A stretch of DNA of 64,000 nt from Amphiscolops sp. MND2022. Its lineage: Eukaryota. Below, piece after piece: positions 37,201-47,700 of the stretch. The notes under the pieces were generated by a model, which saw only the letters and a program-made list of their open reading frames with translations, was not told the origin of the DNA and ran no database searches. Within the stretch, counting starts at the first letter, position 1. Every line of letters starts with the position of its first letter. The DNA lies in the NCBI GenBank assembly GCA_964187785.1, contig OZ076417.1, positions 10,540,001 to 10,604,000 on the forward strand, read 5' to 3'. Position numbers and translations under genes: made by a program.

Positions 37201-40200
37201 CTGCTAGAAGAGCACTATTCAAGGACTGACCATGAAATTTTGCGGCTCCATTAAGAACCCTACGGACTTTGCCAGGCTTGTGAGGATGCACGACCGGATG
37301 GTGCGGTAAATACCATTCCCGGGGCTGGTCTACTTTAAAACAATCGGTTTTGTCCACTTGAACAATATAGCCTTTCGAGAAATCGTCGCTAATTGTTTTC
37401 GTATAACTGGCTTTCAAATCAGCATCTTTTTGAAGACGGCGCTCTAGCGATTTCAGTTGAATAAGTGCAGAAAAATAATTGTTCGGTAAACAACTTTCGT
37501 CGTCGGCCCACAACTTACCCACTTGGTATCGGGACCCATCGTGGTATGTTGTTTCATCAAGTATCTTTGTCGCTCTCGCGTCGGTTGCAGAACGGGAATC
37601 CACTTGTTTGTACGCGCCGTACGACTCAATGTCGTACCAGCTTCGGAATCGGTCAGAGAGTGTACAATCGTGCTCTTTCTGAGTAACAGCTTTGAAGCAT
37701 GTCGAAAATAGACCCGTGGTCGACGGAAGGGGTCCACTCAGTACCCAGCCCAACTGGGATATTTCGGCGGTCGGATTCGAAATACTCCAGTGGGCGGATA
37801 GCGTGGAAAACGTCCTGACCAAGAATCATTTTCACATCTGTGTAGCTGTACTTCCTAAGAGCGATTGGTTCTAAGTGTGGATAGCGAGTCTTCAAATCAT
37901 CTGCGTCAATCACATCATTTCCAATAGTCAATTGATCTCGCACATAAGGTTTGACAGTAAAGGAAGAGCAAGAGCCACCCGAATGAACCGGTGTCAACTT
38001 GAGCTCGACCATTTGAGTGTCAACAACCTTATTGGAGTTGATTCCGTGTACAATCAGTTTGGTCGGCGTGTCGCGCACGTCAAGTTTGTCAGCTAGCTCG
38101 GAGGAAATCCAAGAATGGCTACACGCTGAGTCGCACAAAACTAAGACTTTTGCAGATTTCTCAGAAGTTTGCACTTCCACTTCCGTTATTTGTAATAATC
38201 CTTTCACATCAGAGATGGAAGGGAGGCATGAGGTGACTTCGTCTTTCTTTTGGATCGCTGTCGTTACGCAACAAGTAGTTGCTTCACTATTGCCCGCTTT
38301 CCCAGATTCAGATTTTCTCGGGAAAATCTTCTCTGCACCATGTAGCAAAGTATTGTGCGTACTTCCACAGCCATTTTTGGTGCATTTGCGTGGCTGGGGG
38401 CAATTGCGGAAAGAGTGTTGTCCATTAAAGCATGAGAAACAAAGTTTGTTCTCGGCAACAACTTTCGCTCGTTCTGTTGGAGTCTTCTTTCTGAACACTT
38501 GACATCGCCACAACGGATGCTTATCTTTGCAAACTACACAATTAACTTGGAATTTCTGGGTTGACGGCTTGGTTGCGAAGGTATTTTTAGTGGAAGTTGT
38601 TGTTGCAGCGAACACTTTAGAATTGGTCTTGGTTTTCGTTACGTTTCCGGTTGGAGTTTCTTCAACTTTAGGTTTTCCAGTGGCAGATTTCATCCTCTCA
38701 TGAGCTTCAGCTTTGTCTTTCAGCCAATCATTGAAGTCAATCAGAGTCGGTCGGCTCAAATCTCGCTTCACCGTATGCATTGACCACCCTTCTTTCAAGT
38801 TCGGGGGAAGCTTTTGAACCGCTTGACCGAGCAATGAAGCACTCGAAAGATCTTGAACGTAGTTCAGAGATCGGAAAATACCAACCAAGGAGCAAATTGT
38901 AGCTGCATAACTTATGATGCTTTCGCTGTTATGCATTTTCACTGGAGGAATATTCGCTAATTTGTCCAAGTAGGCACTGACCACAGTCTGTGGTTGGCCA
39001 AACTTTTGTTCAAGAGTCTTCAGTGCGTCCTTGTACATTGTCCCACAGTACGCAAACTCAGCAATTGCTGTTTTGGCTTTTCCAGTAACAAGTGTCTTCA
39101 AGTAAGTGAGTTTCACGTCGTCTGTAAGTGAAGAAGAATCAATGGCACTCTTGAACTGGCCGAACCATTCATGCCATTGAAGAGGGTCGCCATTAAACTG
39201 TGCCAGTTTCCACTCAGGAAGATGGTCTTTCTTCGTCGAACTCAAAAGCTGTGCAAGGTCTTGCAATGTGGAACTATTTACAGACGGTTGTGGCAAAGTA
39301 AACGAACTGGCAGGTACAAAAGGAGGAGCAGTAACACTGGGAAACGTTTTTCAGTTTGAGGTACACTACAGTTTGTTGTCGATGTTACCACGGCAGTCGG
39401 CTGCACGTAGTAAACAGTTCCTCCATTCGTTATTGGGAAAACTTGTGCTGTAGATAAGACACTATTGTTGGATGGAATGACTGTGGGTAAGCTGGTAGCG
39501 GGGGGTGGTACTACAGAGGTGGTGACTGCTGATTGTTGGAAGGATTTGGAATCCGGAAAACTCCAGGCAGACAAGTTAGGTAAAATGTGATTTACTGGAA
39601 GTGTGACTATCGGATTAGGTCGAGGCTGAGCTATTGTCGGTGCTGAAGTGATACTTACTGAAGGACAAGGATGTTGCAAAGTGCTAGCATTGTTCAAAAA
39701 CAAACCAGTAGCAGCGGAGTTAGTAGCAGTTAAATTAGTTTGACCGGGGAAACGCGGAAGCTGGCCAGGTAAACTAGCAAACGTGTTGTTAGGGTGGTTC
39801 AAAGACTCAGTTGTTGTAAGCGACAGTGGAGCCGTACCTGTGGTGTGTTCCGTTTGTAGCGGAACATTATTTTGCACCGTAACGAATGTAGGCGCTGATA
39901 CACTAGTGTTTTCATTTGATGGAGATGCAGCTAAGGGCAATGGTTGCGTACCAACGGTCTGTTCCTGATTCGATTCATCAATGGGTGCTTCAGGGGCACG
40001 TTGATTGGTAGCAGATATCAAAGTGGGAGAATTATTAACCCAGTTGTTAACTCGGATTGACTGATGTTCGTGGCTCTCCTCACTCAACAGTGATAGCGTC
40101 TCCTGGAATTCTTCATTTGTCGCCGACAGATCATCTTGAAGTTCTAATTCAATCAGTGTTGCCTCAGCCAGTTTTTTTGCGATTCTCTTACTGCACCTCG

Positions 40201-40766
40201 GCGACTCTAAGGGCAAGTTCTTCCTTGAGACGCTCTTGTTCTTGCTGCATTCGTTTGATTTCAAGATCTTGCTTTTGCTGAGTCAGTCGGAGTGCAGCTT
40301 CATTTTGCTTCTCAATTTCTTCACGCCTTTGTTTTGCAAGGAGTAGCTCTTTCTGCCGTTGGCTTGACGTCTTTGATCGAAGAAAGCTTGAAACTTTACT
40401 GGACTTTGTCTTGTTTGTAGATGGAACTATTGAAGTTTGCGAAGCGTTGTCGGTTTGCAGACATTTCTCCAGATAATTGCGAGCTTTCGTCAGTATTTCA
40501 TCGTTTCTGACAGCAACGTCGTTTAACCACTTTTCCAAGTCTGGCTTCACTGACTCTGGGTTGGTTGATTTGTTGGCTAAGTCTAGGAGTTGTTCATTTT
40601 TTGCAAAGGCTTTAGTCATAGCTTCCTCGCACGAGGTGACTAATCGATCAACGCGAACACGTCGTTCGGTATTTCCAATGGCGTCATTGAGCTTTTGCTG
40701 GATCTTGTTGAGCTCCGCTTCGGCTTTAGCGCGGCTATCATGCAACTTGGCGACTCTCTCTTGCAT
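34299..40766 (-). pseudogene. Bel/Pao gag-pol (gag, PR, RT, RNase H, IN), about 5 frameshifts
   Basis: LPEWKLAQFNGDPLQW, three Cys/His knuckles, LCDSACS, DIEGMFLQV, YMDDYL, FGDSSQDA, PKLELQAA, DYFGP, SDNGTNF and GVWER. Confidence 0.95.
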
Positions 40767-41177
40767 CCTATCAGCAATTGAATGTTTTCTTTTCCCTTTT
40801 TTTTAAATCAATATAGTGTGTTATTAGGACAGGGATTGTATCGTTCTCAGCGCTAAATTATGTTCGAAACAGTAGAATCAATTTCAGAACATCAACCAGA
40901 CAACTAAGTCTGGACACAGTTCTGAAAATCAACTATGCTGTTATCAATTATTGAAAATTCGACAGTAACAAAAAAAATTGTTTTGGAGGATGTTGCGGTT
41001 GGAAGACGGTTAATTTGTTTGTTTTGGTTTAAAATTAGGCACTAAGGAACTACGAGGGCTGTACAAGACGGGAGTAGCGCATAACACGCAACGACGGTAG
41101 TAAAAAAGTTGTTTTGAACGTCAACCGGACAGTCAAGTCCAGACACAGTCCAAAACTTTGGAAAAAATTGTGCGACT

Positions 41178-41837
41178 TCAACCTGACAATGAAGACTGGA
41201 CACTGTCACAACAACAAGGCGTTTCGGAGGAAGAAATTTCACTCTGATTTGAAGCAGCGTTCTTCAAAGCTTTACGTGCACGTTTACTTGGTCGCTTAGG
41301 GCGACTTTTAGCTGTAATCTGGGCTAGATCGGTTTCTTTTCGGAGAATGATGTCTAAATATTTAAGTTCAAACTCGGGTCTCTGCTGTATTGCCTTCAAT
41401 TCATTCAAAATTTGCGGGTCGTTTTGTTTTCTTGTCGAAAAGAAATCGGTTTCAATTCTGAAAACAGGAACGTTTTGCGTTTTTAGAACATCAGAAATGT
41501 CGGGCGTTCGAATTCGGTGGCAATACACAAGAGCCCGGAGTTTGTTTTCTAGAGATTTCAAGATTTCTAACAACTCAGAAACAGACAGTGCTCGAAAATT
41601 GTTGCTTTTATGCTTTGACAAGCTATTATTCAGCACATCATGCCAGATAACAATCTCAGTTTTTTCAGCGAATTCTTTCTGTAACAAATTTTGAACGACT
41701 TTTTGTGGGTTTTTCGCGTGATTATTCAAACTAAGGCCCGGTATCGTGTTAATTTTTTCGTTGAAGGCTTCTCTTTTTTCAGGGGTTAATATATCAAGAG
41801 CGTGATGCAACGAGCTGGCACCCAAAATGAACACCAT
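41178..41837 (-). CDS. Accessory ORF (219 aa) upstream of gag, SGNH-hydrolase-like fold with basic C-terminus
   Basis: Uninterrupted ATG-to-stop ORF with FILGASS, IPGLS and IVIWHDVLNN resembling SGNH blocks I-III, and an NLS-like KSRPKRPSKRARK. A homologue lies at 43577-44191. Confidence 0.7.
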   Translation of the reverse strand: MVFILGASSLHHALDILTPEKREAFNEKINTIPGLSLNNHAKNPQKVVQNLLQKEFAEKTEIVIWHDVLNNSLSKHKSNNFRALSVSELLEILKSLENKLRALVYCHRIRTPDISDVLKTQNVPVFRIETDFFSTRKQNDPQILNELKAIQQRPEFELKYLDIILRKETDLAQITAKSRPKRPSKRARKALKNAASNQSEISSSETPCCCDSVQSSLSG

Positions 41838-42147
41838 TACATTTTACAATATAATAATTTCTTTTTTACACAGCGCAAAAGGCAAAAAATTTCGCTCAGA
41901 AGGAAGTTTTTCAGGCTCGAATCAACTTCTAATAATGATAAGAATGTTAGGTTATTTTAACGAATTTTCACAAAGGCCTTGCTTTGCTATGAATGAAGCG
42001 CCAAATCAATGATAGTTATGGAGGTTTTGGAGTAATTGAGCAAAAAGTTAATCGGTGATTGAAATGAAAGAAGAGTTTACTGTTTGGCTCGGTTTCTGAT
42101 CTGGGTGATTTCGTCAGTGCCTTTTGTTTCGTCTCGAGTGTCCTCAG

Positions 42148-42231
42148 CTCGTCTGAGAAGTCATCGCAGTCTTTGACCCCATCGCAGCACGAAGTGAGGG
42201 CGATACATTGGTGAGAGTGGGAGCACCAGAA
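42148..42231 (-). pseudogene. LDL-receptor class A (LDLa) motif inside the Bel/Pao leader
   Basis: FWCSHSHQCIALTSCCDGVKDCDDFSDE matches FxC...CI...CDG..DC.D.SDE. The first Cys (CTA) lies in the adjacent frame and the last Cys is absent. Confidence 0.7.
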
Positions 42232-43576
42232 TTGCTGTACACTTTTTAAATAATCTGCCTTCAAAGGAAGTTGTAGCCAGTGTCATTGGTTGACTGAGCC
42301 GGCTCAACTGGCACATGTTATGAACGTCCAAAGATCAACTTTCTAGAACCCAATAAATAGGCTGGCATGCATGCTGGTTTCCAAGTGTAAAGCTTGGCTC
42401 AGGCGGGTACTTTAATTTCTGGTAGTACTTGATAAATAAATTGGATATAAATCGAATTAGCGTAGAAATACCATCAAGTAGAAACTTGGCTAAAAGTGTT
42501 TGCAACTCGTAATTGAAGCGAAATTCAGGAGATGCGTGCTTAAACACCTCAATTGCTGCTTTGAAAATTGCAAATCAAGTGAGCCAGATTGTTGGCTCGA
42601 CGGTTTCGGGAACGTAATTTTCAGTTGTAATTGACCGGCTTTGATCTTTCGTATGTTTTGAAAGTTCATTCAAGAGCAAAAAGCCTCTCAATGGCCACCA
42701 TGAAATTCTTTAGAGAAACTAAAGATTGTATTGGCAATCAAAATTAAAATAACAATGAAAGTTGAGGAAAATTATTATTATTAACCGCCAAGTCAAAATT
42801 TGATCACACAAACTTCAAAAATGACTCATTTTATGATATGAATAGCAAGGCCTTTTTGAGAGTATTTTTACCTAAATCAGAGAAATATTTCTAAATTATA
42901 AAATATTTTACATGTCCGGGAATCGAACCCACGCCGGTCAAATACCGGCCTTGTATTCTACCGCTAAGCCAACCTGTCTTAATATTTGTTTGTTTTAAAT
43001 TAACGATATTGCTGCCGCAACAGACATCTTCCAACACACTGCCGGGTTGTTATACAGGGCTTTTGACCAACCAGAGCAAATCGAAATTGCAATCAGATGT
43101 TGAATTGAGAGTTGGAACCGCGTCATGCAAAGGGCAACCGAGCAGACGTTTTCACCCAAATTGGAAATGCAGCCTCGTCCACAGGTATTTTGAATTGATC
43201 ATAGAGGGTCTACCGCAAAGTGTTTCGTGCAACTTCTATGGATTCAAACCCATGATTCAACGGACAATAGCACCTCTAACCGAATCCAGAGACGTTCCCG
43301 AGAAAACCCCCAAGTCTGGTAACGTTATTCGAGAACATCAATTTTAGAGTGAATAGTGATTAAAACTACAACTTGAGCTACTTTCAAAGCAAGGCCTTTG
43401 GAGCATATAATTTATGCAACTTTATACCCCAAATTTTCGCCAAAATGTCCTTCGGAAAAAGAAAAAAACCTTGAATGTAATACGACAAAAAATCGTACCT
43501 TGTCACGTTAAAAACAAAAACGTTTCTCGCTCAGCAAAAAAACTTTTTTCGTGGTTATTCTAATTGACAAAAACTC

Positions 43577-44191
43577 ATGGTATTTCTTATTGCAGCAAGT
43601 TCCGTTGATCATGCCCTTGACACACTAACCCCCGAAAACCGAAAAAAACTATACCGAAAAAATTTTCTCAATCTCGGGTCTATGCCTTAACCCTAACACG
43701 AAAAATCCCGAAAAATTGTGGAAAACGTGCTCTCTAAAGATCTTGCCGAAAAAACTGACATCATTATTTGGCATGATGTGCTGAATAATAGCATTTCTAA
43801 GCACGAGAGCAATAATTACCGGGCATTAAGCGTTTCCCAAATGTTCGAATTTTTGACATCAATTGAAAAACTCCGGGCTCTAGTGTACTGCCACCGATTC
43901 CGTACAACGAATATTTATCAAAATTTGAAAAAAATAGGAAATTCCACGAATATTAAAGTGTTTAACATTGTTTAAGACTTTATTTTGCCGAGAAAAAAGA
44001 AAGATCCTGAGTATCTCAAGAAACTCAAGGCATTACACCAGAGCCCCGAGATTGAAATCAAACACATTGACTTCATTCTGCGCAACGAGAGCAAGCTTGA
44101 CGCTATCACCGACAAAAGTCGCCCCAAGCGGCCCAGTATGCGCGCCCGAAAGGCAATCAAGAGCGCTGCAGCCGTCGCTGCTTCGTCCTAG
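43577..44191 (+). pseudogene. Second copy of the SGNH-like accessory ORF, upstream of gag
   Basis: MVFLIAASS...IIIWHDVLNNSISKH...KLRALVYCHR...KSRPKRPSMRARK. Two compensating indels in A-runs and one in-frame TAA. Confidence 0.8.
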
Positions 44192-44738
44192 ACCCCCCAA
44201 CTGTCTTCACTGTACTGTAGTTACGGTGTCCGGACATCATTGTCCAGTTGAATTTCCTGCAGTAGTTTACCCGTCTTCTTGAGTTAATTTTCCGGTTGAT
44301 ACTCAGAAGTCTACTCCCCGTCTTTCTTCCTGCCGTTTAGACAGTGTCCAGACTTCATTGTCTGGTTGAAGTTCTTTCGGCCTTCTTCCGCCCCTTGAGC
44401 ACTTAATATTGGACGAACCATCATCCTTTCGGGAAGAGCGTGTTTTTAAATCATCTTCCTGTGTACTTAAACTTCTTCCTGTGTCTGGTAATCTTCGTCC
44501 TGTGCCACTTTTAAAAACAAAAAAATCGTTAAAAAATTTCTTTACAATTACTATTAACGTGAGATACAGTTTCCATCAACTCCACGCTGTTACCGTCAAA
44601 CCGAAATCTTTCTCTGTTCAGCTGTGTCTAAGCTTAATTGCTTGGTTGACGCTGTCGAAGAAAGTATTCGTCGTTCTATTTGTGTTAACACTTTCCTCAC
44701 TACCTTGATTCACTTTCTAACGAAAGATCACAACGAAA

Positions 44739-47700
44739 ATGACCGACACCAGGCAAGACAAAGTCAGAAAACTTTTCGAAATCCGTGCCAAAGCCGAAAG
44801 CGAGTTACAGAGATTGCAAGAAAAAGTTCAAGATGCCGTGGAAAACAAAGATAGACGTGTCCGCGTCGGAAGACTTGTGACTTCCTGCGACGAAGCAATG
44901 ACGAAATTGTTTGCCAAACATGAACAACTTTTCGAACTGGCTGGCAAATCAGAAGACTCGTCACGTGTTAAACCAGATTAGAGCATCTCAATCGTCAACG
45001 ACTGTCACCAAGAGCAAGCAACCAAGCAAAACGTCTGCTTCTAGGACATCCAGACAATCGAGAACATCCAGTCAGCGTCAAAGAGACTTGCTAATTGCTT
45101 AGCAACGTAAGGAAGAGATAGAAAGGCAAAACGAAGCCGCATTTAGATTGGTAAAGCAACAGCAGGAACTTGAACTTGAACGGCTACAGAAAGAACAAGA
45201 ACTACTCAGACTGAGGACCGACCGACTTAAGAAGGAGCAAGACTTTCGAGTAGAACAGTTAGAGGAGGAAAATCGAATGAAACTCGCTGAAGCAACACTC
45301 ACTGAGCTTGAACTGACTGAGTACTTGTCAGACTCCCAATCGGAGTTTCTAGACACCGCGTCACAGTTAGCTGCGTGACACTATTAGCTGCTTCGACTAA
45401 AGCGGACGATACGGTCCAAGTCAGCGAGTGGGTTAACAATTCACCCGTAGCTACTGCAAGTGATCCCACGAACGCTGGAATTTTGAACCCGATTGCCGCT
45501 ACCGGCACTACTGCAGCACAAAATTCAGTCAACAGAGGAGTTCCCACAACTAACCCTCCACCTACTATTCCAGTAGAGACTCCGGTAGCCCCTCCAGCCG
45601 TACCAACGACCAACAACATACCACTAACTACGGGACAAGGTTCGATAATTTACCTACCGTCTACTGGCCCGGTTCAAGCTCCCCACTCGACCACAACGTC
45701 TCACGAAATAAATGCTGCATCGATAACTGTTACAACATCAGCCCCTCTGGCGTCGGCCACGTCGTATCCACTTTCACAACCACCGTTCCCGCAAACCATC
45801 TTTCAAACTTGTCAGCATGGACGTTCCCGGCAGGACCAATTACCGTGACTGCGAGCGCAACTCCTGTAACTACGAACCACACCGTATTTCCGACCGTTTT
45901 TCCGGTTACTAGTAAGGCCCCTACCGCATCACTTGTTATTCCCGTCACCGCGGGAGGAACCGTTTACTATATTAGCCCGACGTCTCTGACAACTGTGCCC
46001 ACACCGAGCAGCGCACCAGTACCGACTACTTTTCCGGCCGTTCCTTCAACAGCAACACCATTTGCAACACCTCCGCTCATCACTACACCGCAACCAGTAA
46101 CAAACAGTTTCATTGTCCATGATCGTGCGAAATTGTTAGCGTCCTCGAAGAGGGATCACCTCCCTGAATGGAAACAGGCCCAGTACAGTGGAGATCCACT
46201 TCAATGGCACGAGTGGTTTGGCCAGTTCAAAAGTGCCACCGATTCAGCACCCCTTACCGGTGACGTGAAACTGACCTACCTGAAAACACTGGTGTCCAGT
46301 AAGGCAAAAACTGCTATCCCCGAGTTCGCTTATTGCGGAACAACGTACAAAGATGCGCTCAAAACGTTGGAAAGACAGATTGGGCAACCTCAAACTGTGG
46401 TTAGTGCCTACTTGGACAAACTTGCAACTATCCGCCAGTTAAGATGCACAATAGCGACAGTATCATCAGCTACTCTGCCACTATTTCCTCACTCGTTGGT
46501 GTTTTCCGATCCTTGAACTACCTGCAGGATCTGTCGAGTGCTTCTCTCCTAGGCCAAGTGGTTCAAAAACTTCCACCAAATTTTAAGGAAGCGTGGTCGA
46601 TGAACACCGTCAAACGGAATCTGGATCGACTGACTTTGATTCACTTTAACGACTGGCTAAAGGAGAAGGCAGAGGCACACGAAAGAATGAAAGCCGCCTC
46701 CAGTAAACCAAGATACCAAGGTTAAAAGTGAGAAACAATGTGTAGCTTGCAAGGACAGTCACCCGCTTTGGCGTTGTAAAGTGTTCCGCCAAAAAACTCC
46801 GATAGAGAGAACCAAGCTAGCCGCTGAGAGTAAACTCTGCTTTTCTTGTCTCAACGAAGGACATTCATTCCGGCAATGCCCGCAACTAAGAAAATGCACT
46901 AAAGACGGCTGTAGCAGCTCTCATAACTTTCTACTGTACGGGTCTGACAGAAAATTTTCCACAGAAAAGTCCCGGTGACGCGAAAATTTCTCAAAGTCTT
47001 ACAACAACAAAGGTCAGCCAAACAGGCAGCGAAAGTTCCGGCATGCCTTCCGTAACCGACCTCAAAAGCTTGTTGCAAATAACAGAAGTCGAATTGACAT
47101 CGCCGTCGAGCTCTGCTAAAATTCTTGCTCTATGTGACTGAGCTTGTAGTCGTTCATGGATCACGAGAAGATTAGCCGACAAGCTACAAGTTAAAGGCTC
47201 AACAACCAAGTTAACCGTACATGGGATAAACTCCCAACAACTGATTGACACGGAAACGGTTGAGCTTAAGTTGACACCCGTTCATTCGGGTGGCTCTTGT
47301 TCATCTTTTCCTGTCACTCTTTACGTCCGAGACGATTTGAAAGTTGGAAACGACATTATCGAGGTTGACAAACTTAAAACGACTTACCCGCATCTGGAAC
47401 CGACCCTCAACAAGTACAGCTATTCAGACGTTGAGATGATCCTTGGTCAGGATGTCTTCCACTGTATCCGCTCATTGGAGTACTTCGAAGCCGACCGTCC
47501 CAATACTCCAATAGCCGTCCGTTCACCGTTGGGTTGGGTACTGAGTGGTCCGCTTCTTTCCACCACTGGCCTTTTCTCGACTTGTTTCGAAGCTGTCGCT
47601 AGCTCAGAGAACGATTCTATTCTTGCCGAACAGCTTCGCAGCTGGTACGACATTGAGTCATAAGGTGCCCACAAACAAGTTGACTCTCGCTCCGCAGCCG

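Larger units (their letters stand above)
33827..43022 (-). mobile_element. Inner full-length Bel/Pao LTR retrotransposon with accessory ORFs
   Basis: LTRs at 42701-43022 and 33827-34147 (TGTTGCGG...TTTCA, about 8 substitutions plus 1 indel). 5-bp TSD GACAT. PBS TGGTGGCCATTGAGAGG (tRNA-Ile-like) and PPT GGGCCCGGAGGA. Confidence 0.95.
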
